Shown here one piece after another: positions 9,905 through 17,893 of a stretch of DNA of 25,942 nt. The translations under genes and the position numbers were made by a program. The notes below the pieces were generated by a model. It saw only the letters and a list, made by a program, of their open reading frames with translations. It did no database searches and was not told where the DNA came from. Numbering within the stretch: position 1 is the stretch's first letter; every line of letters begins with the position of its first letter. The stretch comes from a virus (lineage: Duplodnaviria > Heunggongvirae > Uroviricota > Caudoviricetes), in IMG/VR virus record IMGVR_UViG_2563366768_000033; one strand, written 5' to 3'.

Positions 9905-10486
9905 CTTTATCAATGACTTATCTCCCGACTTCCCGTCTTGCTTTTCCTAAACAGAACAATCGTAGAATATTCTTGAAGGGTTAGATCGTCACTGTTTTCT
10001 GTTCGATACTGTGACATTCAGCACTTGATTCGCTATGGATCTGACAGGAAGGTTTTGAGCGAAAATCTGCAGTTATTCAGTCGTTTTCTTATCGGTCACC
10101 ATTATTCTTTTAGACATTGATCCTACAAAGCTGCCGCAAAGTTGGTGGTGGGAACTGAAGTTGCGTAGAGAAGGGGTCAATACCCGGAGGCAAACATGGG
10201 CTGGCAAAAGTGTAGCGGTATTAGGCGCAGCTATTTAGCCTAGTTATGTTTTATGAAAACTTGATATCATATAAGTGTCTTACTTATTGGCTGTAAATAA
10301 GTTTTTCCTAAGGAATTGTTTCTTGAGTATCATTTGTAACTGTAACGGAATTTATAATCCTTTGCTTTATTGTTACGGTATTTTTTATCACACCCTATTT
10401 TTAGTGGTTTTTTATACTGAAGTTTGGCAAAGTGAACTTTATATACATATACTTCATCCTGGTTTCAGTTAAATTGGGGGGATGAT

Positions 10487-11230
10487 ATGGCAACTACATG
10501 TTCAGTTATATTGATTTTGGAGTCCTTTGATGTTTATTTCGGAAAAGAGAGTGTGTTTCTGGAGAGAGGTTCATCTGTACTTGTCGACTCTAGCTCTAGA
10601 GATTTTTTCCTGACATATCCTGAAAGAGTGATAGTGGCGGATTTTGGCGCTGAGTTTATTAGTCGCTATTTGAAAGCTAATAACTTAAGGGATATTTCTG
10701 ATTGTAGGGAATATCCATCTTATTTAAAAATAAACTTTGCTGACTTCAGTTTAATTAAAGGATTAATTAGTTGGGCTAATCACTGTGCTGAATACATAGA
10801 AATTTTTGATGAGTCTATTGCTTTTACATGTCTCTCTGCATTTTCTTCTGAAAAACAATTTGGAGTATTTCTGTTTGGATGTTTGAAAAGCACAGGGGCT
10901 AAAGTTAAAACGATTATTCATACGGATTTATCTGCACCATGGCGTCTTAAGGATATATCATCAAGATTATATCTCAGCGAAAGTTTACTAAAGAGGAAAT
11001 TGAAAGAAGAGGGGGTATCATTCAGTAAGATCATACTTGATGAGAGGATGCAAATGGCTGAATATTTACTCAGCACTCGTTGTTATCCTATTAGTAAAGT
11101 AGCTAAGGTCTGTGGTTATGCCAGTGTCTCATACTTTACTTATGTATTTAGACGTTATTTTGGTGTTTCTCCAAGTCAATACTCTCAGAGGAGTTCAGAA
11201 AGTAAAATTCTTACTCACCAGGGAATCTGA
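10487..11230 (+). CDS. AraC/XylS-family transcriptional regulator (AppY/Rns-like)
   Basis: 247-aa product with C-terminal dual HTH (WRLKDISSRLYLSESLLKRKLKEEGVSFSKIILDERMQMAEYLL...KVAKVCGYASVSYFTYVFRRYFGVSPSQY); AT-rich gene and upstream region; GGGGG Shine-Dalgarno before the ATG. Confidence 0.75.
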   Translation: MATTCSVILILESFDVYFGKESVFLERGSSVLVDSSSRDFFLTYPERVIVADFGAEFISRYLKANNLRDISDCREYPSYLKINFADFSLIKGLISWANHCAEYIEIFDESIAFTCLSAFSSEKQFGVFLFGCLKSTGAKVKTIIHTDLSAPWRLKDISSRLYLSESLLKRKLKEEGVSFSKIILDERMQMAEYLLSTRCYPISKVAKVCGYASVSYFTYVFRRYFGVSPSQYSQRSSESKILTHQGI

Positions 11231-11271
11231 TCATTGTTCTTGCCCCCTTATTTCCAGACAGGGGGGGTATC

Positions 11272-11720
11272 TTAAGTTAACGTTACCCGCTGACGTCGAT
11301 ATTCTCGCGGAGAGCGATAACCCAACGCACTGTGCGGATGGTTTTCATTGTAATGTTCGATCGCCACTGCAAGATTATGCAATGCCGTTCTTACATTCGG
11401 TTTCGGCATGAACGCGATGTAGTCTTCCTTCATCGTTTTCACGAACCTTTCTGCAATTCCATTACTCTGAGGACTGCTGATTGCCGTTGTGCAGGGCTCC
11501 AGATTCAACTCTCTGGCGAACTGCCGTGTTTCATGCGCTCTATACGCTGAACCGTTATCTGTCAGCCACTGGATGGACTGTTCCGGTACTTTATCGCCAA
11601 AGCGTTTTTCTATCGCTCCTAACATGACATCCTGCACTGTCGCTTTATCGTAACCTCCCGTGCTTGCGGCCCAGTCTATGGCTTCACGATCGCAACAGTC
11701 CAGGGCGATTCATCTGGGCC
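11272..11720 (-). mobile_element. IS2-family (IS3 group) transposase orfB, 3' fragment only
   Basis: Minus-strand translation ...[72 protein letters not shown]...[14 protein letters not shown] parallels the C-terminal integrase-core region of IS2 InsD as recalled; no orfA, no 5' half and no terminal inverted repeats seen. Confidence 0.7.
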
Positions 11721-11984
11721 AATCCTTGCTCATAACAGGCATTCACTTCAGTCATGGCAGAAAGGTATGCATGCTGGAGAAGTCGTGAAAGAAAAGAAGA
11801 CTGCTGCGCCGTTTGTCGTCACGTTTATCTTCATTGGCTATGCAAGTCGTAATACAAGGTGGGACAAAACTGAGACACATAAGGCCTCGCAATGGCTTGC
11901 AAGGCTTTACATGTTTTGATGTGGTGGGACGTGTGAGCGCAGTGTTGATGGGGTAATGCTTTGAATTAGAAGCGGATTCTTATA

Positions 11985-12030
11985 ATTCGTAATGCGAAGG
12001 TCGTAGGTTCGACTCCTATTATCGGCACCA
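11985..12030 (+). other. direct repeat of the thrW 3' end (46 nt); junction between the two stacked elements
   Basis: ATTCGTAATGCGAAGGTCGTAGGTTCGACTCCTATTATCGGCACCA is identical to thrW 1399-1444; followed 160 bp later by a P4-type integrase gene. Confidence 0.85.
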
Positions 12031-12192
12031 TCTCAACTTCCTCAAACGTCCGTATTAGTCCATAAAATCTCTGATTTATAACATTTTTTATTCTTTTAAG
12101 TCCATAGTAGTCCGTAACCATCCAGTAGAATCCGGTACTGAATGTGTATAGGATTGTGTATATGTTCCTGTTCGGTCTGGATTCCTATACAC

Positions 12193-13374
12193 ATGCCTTT
12201 AAACGATATGCAGATTCGCCGCGCTAAGCCTGAAGCTAAAGCCTATACATTTGGAGATGGGCTAGGGTTGTCATTACTTATAGAACCTAATGGAAGCAAG
12301 AGTTGGCGGTTCCGCTATCGCTATGCCGGCAAACCCAAAATGATCTCGCTTGGTGTTTACCCAACGATCACCCTTGCCGATGCTCGTTCCCGTCGTGATG
12401 AAGCTCGAAAACTTGTGGCAGAAGGAAAGAACCCTAGTGAGGTTCGAAAAGAGCAAAAGCTAGCTATGCAAACAGAGTCAGAGAACGCCTTCGAAAAGAT
12501 AGCCAGAGAGTGGCATCAACTTAAATCTGCTAAATGGTCGGCGGGATATGCATCAGACATCATGGAAGCGTTTAAGAACGACATTTTTCCTTATGTCGGA
12601 ACAAGGCCTGTGGGAGAGATTAAACCGCTAGAGCTGCTGAACGTTCTGCGTAAAATTGAGAAACGTGGTGCGTTGGAGAAAATGCGCAAAGTGCGGCAGC
12701 GTTGCTCCGAAGTGTTTCGCTACGCAATTGCAACGGGTAGGGCGGAGTACAATCCTGCGGCTGATCTCTCCAGCGCTCTCGAAGTACACCAATCCAATCA
12801 TTTCCCATTCCTAAAAGCTGATGAGATACCTGATTTTCTACGTGCCTTAGAGGGTTACTCCGGGAGTAAGCTTGTCCAGATAGCCACGAAATTACTGATG
12901 ATTACGGGTGTGAGAACCATCGAATTACGCGCGGCATTATGGCAAGAATTTGATCTGGATAACGCTATTTGGGAAATTCCTGCTGAAAGGATGAAAATGC
13001 GTAGGCCACATCTTGTGCCCTTATCATCTCAAGCGGTAGATTTACTCAATGAACTCAAGATCATGACAGGGAACTATCGTTATGTTTTTCCAGGGCGGAA
13101 CGATCCGAATAGGCCAATGAGCGAAGCGAGTATAAATCAAGCCATTAAGCGTATTGGGTATGGAGGAAAAGTCACTGGACATGGTTTTCGTCATACCCTT
13201 TCTACAATCCTGCATGAGCAAGGTTTTGAGAGTGCTTGGATTGAAATCCAGTTGGCTCATGTAGATAAAAATTCTATTAGGGGGACTTATAACCATGCTC
13301 AATATTTTAGTGGAAGGAAGTCTATGATGGACTGGTACAGTAATTTGATATTTGAAAGACTAAAAAGGAGTTAA
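12193..13374 (+). CDS. P4-family tyrosine integrase
   Basis: From ATG at 12193: MPLNDMQIRRAKPEAKAYTFGDGLGLSLLIEPNGSKSWRFRYRYAGKPKMISLGVYP... (P4/CP4-57-type N-terminus) with C-terminal catalytic region HGFRHTLSTILHEQG...RGTYNH; the ORF track's upstream extension is not used. Confidence 0.9.
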   Translation: MPLNDMQIRRAKPEAKAYTFGDGLGLSLLIEPNGSKSWRFRYRYAGKPKMISLGVYPTITLADARSRRDEARKLVAEGKNPSEVRKEQKLAMQTESENAFEKIAREWHQLKSAKWSAGYASDIMEAFKNDIFPYVGTRPVGEIKPLELLNVLRKIEKRGALEKMRKVRQRCSEVFRYAIATGRAEYNPAADLSSALEVHQSNHFPFLKADEIPDFLRALEGYSGSKLVQIATKLLMITGVRTIELRAALWQEFDLDNAIWEIPAERMKMRRPHLVPLSSQAVDLLNELKIMTGNYRYVFPGRNDPNRPMSEASINQAIKRIGYGGKVTGHGFRHTLSTILHEQGFESAWIEIQLAHVDKNSIRGTYNHAQYFSGRKSMMDWYSNLIFERLKRS

Positions 13375-13377
13375 TTT

Positions 13378-13794
13378 GTGTCTCAACCACTTTCGGAAAT
13401 ATTGACATGGGATGATGAACAATGGGAGGTATTTGTCCATGATTGGCTTATTGTCTGTAAATCAGATGATTACCCGTGGAGCGAACGTTTGGGAGGAGCT
13501 GGAGATAAAGGTAGAGACGTTGTTGGATATAAATCGGATCCTAACGTAGAAGGTTATTCTTGGGATAATTATCAATGCAAACTGTACAAAAAAAGTTTAG
13601 GGTTCTCTGATGTTGTAGTTGAGTTTGGAAAACTTATCTATTTTACTCTGAATGGTGATTATCCCATCCCTCAGAAGTACTTTTTTGTGGCACCCTATGA
13701 TTTATCTACTACATTTTCTAATTTATTGAAAAATAAAAACGAGCTTAAAAAAGCAGTCCTTGATTCATGGGATTCAGCAATTTCAAAAAAATAA
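13378..13794 (+). CDS. cargo gene 1, N-terminal part: Mrr-like PD-(D/E)xK nuclease domain (frame broken at A7 tract 13785-13791)
   Basis: GTG start 7 nt after AAGGAG (13365-13370) and 4 nt after the int stop; product contains GGAGDKGRDVVGY...(17 aa)...YQCKLY, the GxGDxGxD / QxK pattern of Mrr-type nuclease cores. Very AT-rich. Confidence 0.6.
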   Translation: MSQPLSEILTWDDEQWEVFVHDWLIVCKSDDYPWSERLGGAGDKGRDVVGYKSDPNVEGYSWDNYQCKLYKKSLGFSDVVVEFGKLIYFTLNGDYPIPQKYFFVAPYDLSTTFSNLLKNKNELKKAVLDSWDSAISKK

Positions 13795-14384
13795 CTAAAA
13801 AGATTGATATTCCATTAGATGATGAAATAAAAAAATATATTGAGGATTTTGATTTTAGTATTTTTTACTCTCTACCCTTATCATTGATTTTAAATGATAT
13901 TGCAAATACACACCTTTATTTTAAGTACTTTAACGAGCTGTATGTCGTGAGAATCCCTCCAAATGAAATTCCAACATACAATTCAAAAAAAGAGTCTGTA
14001 TATGTTAATGCACTGCTTCAAGCCTATTCAGAGCATGGAAATAAAACTTATAGTTCTTTCTTAGAGCTTGATGATCCATACAGACGACACTTTAATAATA
14101 GTAGAAATGATTTTTATTTTGCATCTTCGCTTGAGGTTTTTGTCCGCGAAGTATTTAAAGATGATGTATTCAAAGCATTGAAATGTTACATTTCATCTTC
14201 AATTGAACCCGTCTTTTATGAAGACCATAATTATGCATTTATTAGGTGTAATGCAGTCTTGAAGCAGGCTGTTCTGACACCAATTGCACATTCAGTACTA
14301 TCAAAAATATGTGAAGCAAATGATAAAAAAGGAATATGCCATCATTTGGTTAATGATGGTGAAGTAATTTGGACGGTGAGATAA
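13767..14384 (+). CDS. cargo gene 1, C-terminal part (unknown domain); probably the continuation of 13378-13794
   Basis: This frame is open from 13764 and overlaps the previous ORF's end across an A7 run; one extra A would join them into a single ORF of about 336 codons. Stop TAA at 14382-14384 overlaps the next ATG. Confidence 0.55.
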   Translation: MGFSNFKKITKKIDIPLDDEIKKYIEDFDFSIFYSLPLSLILNDIANTHLYFKYFNELYVVRIPPNEIPTYNSKKESVYVNALLQAYSEHGNKTYSSFLELDDPYRRHFNNSRNDFYFASSLEVFVREVFKDDVFKALKCYISSSIEPVFYEDHNYAFIRCNAVLKQAVLTPIAHSVLSKICEANDKKGICHHLVNDGEVIWTVR

Positions 14385-14842
14385 TGGTTAGAATTTATAA
14401 TTCAAGTTTAGAAGTGGCATGTCGAATGGCGAAAGTGCTCGTCGCTATTTATCCTTCTTCATTAAGCCTTGAACGGCTTATTTGTTTTGATTTTATTTTA
14501 GTAAATCTTAAGGATTTTTTACCTGAAGAGATTAGTCTTCATCCTCCAATACCCCGTAGAGATGCTCAGTTAGCCCTAAAACGAGAGATTGTTTTAGAAT
14601 CATTGGCTTTGTTGCAAGGCTATGAACTAGCCTCAAAAATTTATACACATCGTGGTTTTGTATATAAAGCTTCTGAAAAAACATATGCATTTACAAATTC
14701 TCTACATAATGAATATGTTGCGCAGATGGAGCATAATATAAATTTGGTGGTTAAGTTATATAGTGATATTCCTGATGAGCAGTTGCAATCAATTATAAAA
14801 AATAAAATTGGCAAATATGATATGGAATTTAATTATGAATGA
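14384..14842 (+). CDS. cargo gene 2: small protein (152 aa), predicted mostly helical; candidate middle component
   Basis: ATG at 14384 overlaps the upstream stop (TAATG); product MVRIYNSSLEVACRMAKVLVAIYPSSLSLERLICFDF...; its stop overlaps the next gene's ATG (ATGAATGA). Confidence 0.6.
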   Translation: MVRIYNSSLEVACRMAKVLVAIYPSSLSLERLICFDFILVNLKDFLPEEISLHPPIPRRDAQLALKREIVLESLALLQGYELASKIYTHRGFVYKASEKTYAFTNSLHNEYVAQMEHNINLVVKLYSDIPDEQLQSIIKNKIGKYDMEFNYE

Positions 14843-15467
14843 CAATTTTTTTACGTTCAGAAAAATAAAGGTAACCGGATTCAATAAATTAGATGCTATA
14901 ATTGAATTTGGTTCTAAATTGACTATTTTATATGGTGGTTCTGACTCTGGAAAAACATACATATATTATTTGATTCGATATTTATTAGGGAGTGAAAAAC
15001 TAAAAAATAAAGATATCGATCATGCTCAAGGTTATGATTTAGCCTATCTGGAATTTAATTTTCAAGGTAGGGTAATGACAATTGAGAGGTCTCTTCAGGA
15101 TAGCGCCCATTACAGATTATATGATTCGAGCATTGAAAATGTTAGTGAAGCTAATCTGTTGATGGTTTTTTCCAAAAGTGCTTCGTCTAAAAAGAGTTTT
15201 TCATCATACTTTTATGGTAGGTTGAATTTCAAAGAGGCTAAAGTAAGAACAAACTTAAGTAATACTCTTCATAAATTTAATCTTAATAATGTTTTTGAAT
15301 TTTTTTGTATTGATGAATTAAGAGTGTTAACTGAGAAGTCGTTAATTCTTTCTGATATTCCTAGCGAGGAGACAAAAAGAAAGTCTGAATTTAAATTCCT
15401 TTTAACTCAGAGAGATGATACTAACTCCTTAGCAGAAAAACCAAATAAAAAAGCAAGATATTTTTAA
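14835..15467 (+). CDS. cargo gene 3, N-terminal head of an SMC/Rad50-like ABC ATPase (Walker A); ends at an in-frame TAA
   Basis: MNDNFFTFRKIKVTGFNKLDAIIEFGSKLTILYGGSDSGKTYIYYLIRYLLG: classic SMC/RecF-type N-terminus with Walker A GGSDSGKT. The ORF stops at TAA 15465-15467 inside a T5A7 tract while the same frame stays open downstream. Confidence 0.7.
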   Translation: MNDNFFTFRKIKVTGFNKLDAIIEFGSKLTILYGGSDSGKTYIYYLIRYLLGSEKLKNKDIDHAQGYDLAYLEFNFQGRVMTIERSLQDSAHYRLYDSSIENVSEANLLMVFSKSASSKKSFSSYFYGRLNFKEAKVRTNLSNTLHKFNLNNVFEFFCIDELRVLTEKSLILSDIPSEETKRKSEFKFLLTQRDDTNSLAEKPNKKARYF

Positions 15468-16088
15468 AAAAATCAAATTGCAAATATTTATGAGGAATTG
15501 AAAGCGCAATTAATTTATCCTGAATATGATCAAGTCATTGTTTCAAGAGAACTTGAGAAAGTAGAGCAAGATATTGAATCATCGAAAGATATATTGAAAG
15601 GTATTGTTGATGCACTTGATGATAAGAAGCAATTATTAAAAGAGTTAAGTGATGAATTATATTCAATCAGTGACAGGGAAAAATACTTATCATTACTCAT
15701 TGAAAGATTTAGTCTTCTTAAAGACCAATACTTTATAGATCTACAAAGAATAGATGTTGTATCACAGGCGAATTTCTATTTAAATAATTTTGCAGATATT
15801 TATTGTGAGTTCTGTAATACACCGCAAAAAAAAGAAAATGAAATATCATATGATGATTGTTTTTTGTCGTGTAATGCAGAAAAATTGAAAATCAAAAGCC
15901 AGCTGAAAGGATTAATTGAATCAATCGGATCTAATGTTCGCGAACATGAATTAATTATGTTAAGAAAAAATGATGTTAATGAAATTTATCAATCAGAAAA
16001 AAGTGATTTTAAGACGTTAGAAGATAAAAATATAAAACAATACATTCATCTCTTGAATCACTTTATGAATATAAAGACAATCTTTTAA
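15468..16088 (+). CDS. cargo gene 3 continued: coiled-coil segment with CxxC...CxxxC zinc-hook-like motif
   Basis: Same frame as 14835-15467, open right after the TAA, with no ATG for about 150 codons (the ORF track uses TTG at 15498). Heptad-like charged/leucine-rich sequence and YCEFCN...(14 aa)...CFLSCN (15804-15872). Confidence 0.55.
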   Translation, partial: KNQIANIYEELKAQLIYPEYDQVIVSRELEKVEQDIESSKDILKGIVDALDDKKQLLKELSDELYSISDREKYLSLLIERFSLLKDQYFIDLQRIDVVSQANFYLNNFADIYCEFCNTPQKKENEISYDDCFLSCNAEKLKIKSQLKGLIESIGSNVREHELIMLRKNDVNEIYQSEKSDFKTLEDKNIKQYIHLLNHFMNIKTIF

Positions 16089-16654
16089 TGGATCACACAA
16101 AACATAGCATTCTATCTTCATTACAAGATAAAGAAGATGATGTTGACGAACTTAAATACTCCGCCGAGGACTTTGACTCCTTAACAGTAGCTGATTTGTA
16201 TGATATAGAAATAGCGATGCAAGACTTTTTGAATGATATAAATTTTGAAAATTCTAAAGATAACAAAGTGCGATTTGACGAAGATACATATGACTTTAAT
16301 ATCAATGGGAAACGCCGAGGAATGTTTGGTAAAGGTACCCGTGCAGTAATGCATGCTATATTTACCATTTGCTTTGCGGAATTTTTATCAAGAAAAGGGA
16401 ATCCATTCATTGGATTTGTTGTGCTTGATAGTCCATTAGTGACGCACTTTGATAAAGATAGAGGGGGTTCTCTATCGGATGTTAATAGCGTCAGTCTCAG
16501 TGATTCATTTTATCACGCATTAATCAAAAGGGACTATAATTTCCAGATTGTAATTCTTGAGAATAAAGGTCCGACGTTCCAAATAAAAATTAATGATGCA
16601 AATAAAATCCATAACTTAAATAAGAATGGAAGCTCTGGTTTTTATCCTGTTTAA
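16088..16654 (+). CDS. cargo gene 3, C-terminal ABC head segment (Walker B-like FIGFVVLDSP), separate ORF or frame-shifted continuation
   Basis: ATG overlaps the upstream stop (TAATG); product contains ...GKGTRAVMHAIFTICFAEFLSRKGNPFIGFVVLDSPLVTHFD, i.e. a run of hydrophobics ending in D as in Walker B, with Ser where the catalytic Glu normally sits. Confidence 0.55.
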   Translation: MDHTKHSILSSLQDKEDDVDELKYSAEDFDSLTVADLYDIEIAMQDFLNDINFENSKDNKVRFDEDTYDFNINGKRRGMFGKGTRAVMHAIFTICFAEFLSRKGNPFIGFVVLDSPLVTHFDKDRGGSLSDVNSVSLSDSFYHALIKRDYNFQIVILENKGPTFQIKINDANKIHNLNKNGSSGFYPV

Positions 16655-17063
16655 TACATTAAAAATATAACTGCTAATTGGGGTGCTCGAAATTATATTT
16701 CGTTTCGAGCGCTCAGTTCATTTCTAAATAATTTGCAAAATTATTTTGGGTACTTTCGCCTCTACACTTCCTTCGGGTGGTTCCACAATAATGGATCTCA
16801 CCGGCGTTTGATATTTTATAATCTAACCCCTTAGCGCGCGCAGCCCCCCACGCCTGCTCGCTTCGCTTAACAGACTGGTTTTCATGCATTCCGCAAATCG
16901 TCTCAGAAGCCACCACACAAGGGCTTTCGCGTCAAAAATGGTGCATGAGAATCATGCGTTTTCATGCGCTATAGACATGCACTCATGCGCTCTCAGGCCA
17001 GCCAGGGAAAAGGCGTAAAAAATCCCAGTACTGGACCGGGATTACGTGGGCTTTTTTTGCTAA

Positions 17064-17336
17064 TCAGACAGGAATTTGCTGACGGCTTGACAGCTTTGAC
17101 GCGGAGCCATAGCGATTGAGAGTTTGCTGTTGTTTTTCCGGCATTTGTGCTTTCTCTGATTCCTGTTCATTGCGCCGGGGCTTCATGATTATCGTATCCA
17201 CACTTTCCAGTGCGGTAAATGTGTAGGAACATTCAAGATTCTGGCACTGATACCATGAGCGTTTAACCGATGGTGCTTCATAGGCGGAGGTTCTGGCGTG
17301 TGCCGTCGTACCGCATTCGGGACATTTAAGTGCCAT
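17064..17336 (-). CDS. Ogr/Delta-family zinc-finger late-gene activator (90 aa)
   Basis: MALKCPECGTTAHARTSAYEAPSVKRSWYQCQNLECSYTFTALESV: CxxC...CxxxxC arrangement and sequence typical of P2 Ogr / P4 Delta. Confidence 0.85.
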   Translation of the reverse strand: MALKCPECGTTAHARTSAYEAPSVKRSWYQCQNLECSYTFTALESVDTIIMKPRRNEQESEKAQMPEKQQQTLNRYGSASKLSSRQQIPV

Positions 17337-17341
17337 TAATA

Positions 17342-17893
17342 TTACTCCTGCATGCCGTTAATGTAATCCAGACGTTGCTGAAAGCGCAGTTGTTGTGCAG
17401 GGGTGTAAGAGCTCTGGCAATCACGAACCATCATGGGGTCAGGCATCACACCGGATTCATCCAGAATCATACGATAATCCCCGGCAATTTCAGGCGGTGT
17501 TATTGCCAGCTGGCGAACCAGAGCATTGCGTAATATACGGGACGCAACGTCAACCCCTCCGCGCCCCTTCAGGAACGGAGCCAGTGCAGATGTCAGGGCT
17601 GCTCCATTCGCCTGCATAAAATTGCTGAGAGCGTCTTCTGTGCAGGCCTCCATCAGTTGATGCTGCGAGTAAATGCATTCGCGCGCAGCACAGTTAATTT
17701 GCCATTTCAGCACATCCAGATGTTCCCGCTGTAATTCGAGCTGTCGAGCATAATCTGCTGGTTTTTCCATGGCAGTGAGGAGTGATTCTATCTGTTGTTC
17801 AACGGCTTTTCGGCTCTCACTATGTCCAGCCCACAGAATACGGGCATTTCTAAAACTGATAAGCGCTTGGTCTGGAGTGACTCGGGCCATCAT
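17342..17893 (-). CDS. Psu-like protein (P4 polarity suppression / capsid decoration family)
   Basis: 183-aa product with ...DVLKWQINCAARECIYSQHQ...NFMQANGAALTSALAPFL, resembling recalled P4 Psu (...VRKWQVNQAAGRYI...DFMQQHGTALAAALAP...); start overlaps the upstream gene's stop (ATGA). Confidence 0.7.
   Translation of the reverse strand: MMARVTPDQALISFRNARILWAGHSESRKAVEQQIESLLTAMEKPADYARQLELQREHLDVLKWQINCAARECIYSQHQLMEACTEDALSNFMQANGAALTSALAPFLKGRGGVDVASRILRNALVRQLAITPPEIAGDYRMILDESGVMPDPMMVRDCQSSYTPAQQLRFQQRLDYINGMQE

Noticed and set aside
10275-10472. 65-aa ORF in the AT-rich region upstream of the AraC regulator
   Set aside because: Low-complexity AT-rich frame with no start context, in the likely promoter region of the regulator.
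11272-11720. An active IS2 copy
   Set aside because: Only the 3' part of the transposase orfB is present, with no orfA, no upstream half and no terminal inverted repeats evident; treated as a remnant.
16713-16916. 67-aa minus-strand ORF between the cargo operon and the ogr-like gene
   Set aside because: Crosses the GC-rich candidate cos region; no coupling to neighbours and no recognisable features.
17018-17058. Bidirectional rho-independent terminator (A6 - palindrome CCAGTACTGG - T7) between the cargo operon and the ogr-like gene
   Set aside because: The stem is short and interrupted and several alternative pairings are possible; retained only as a weak possibility rather than a feature.
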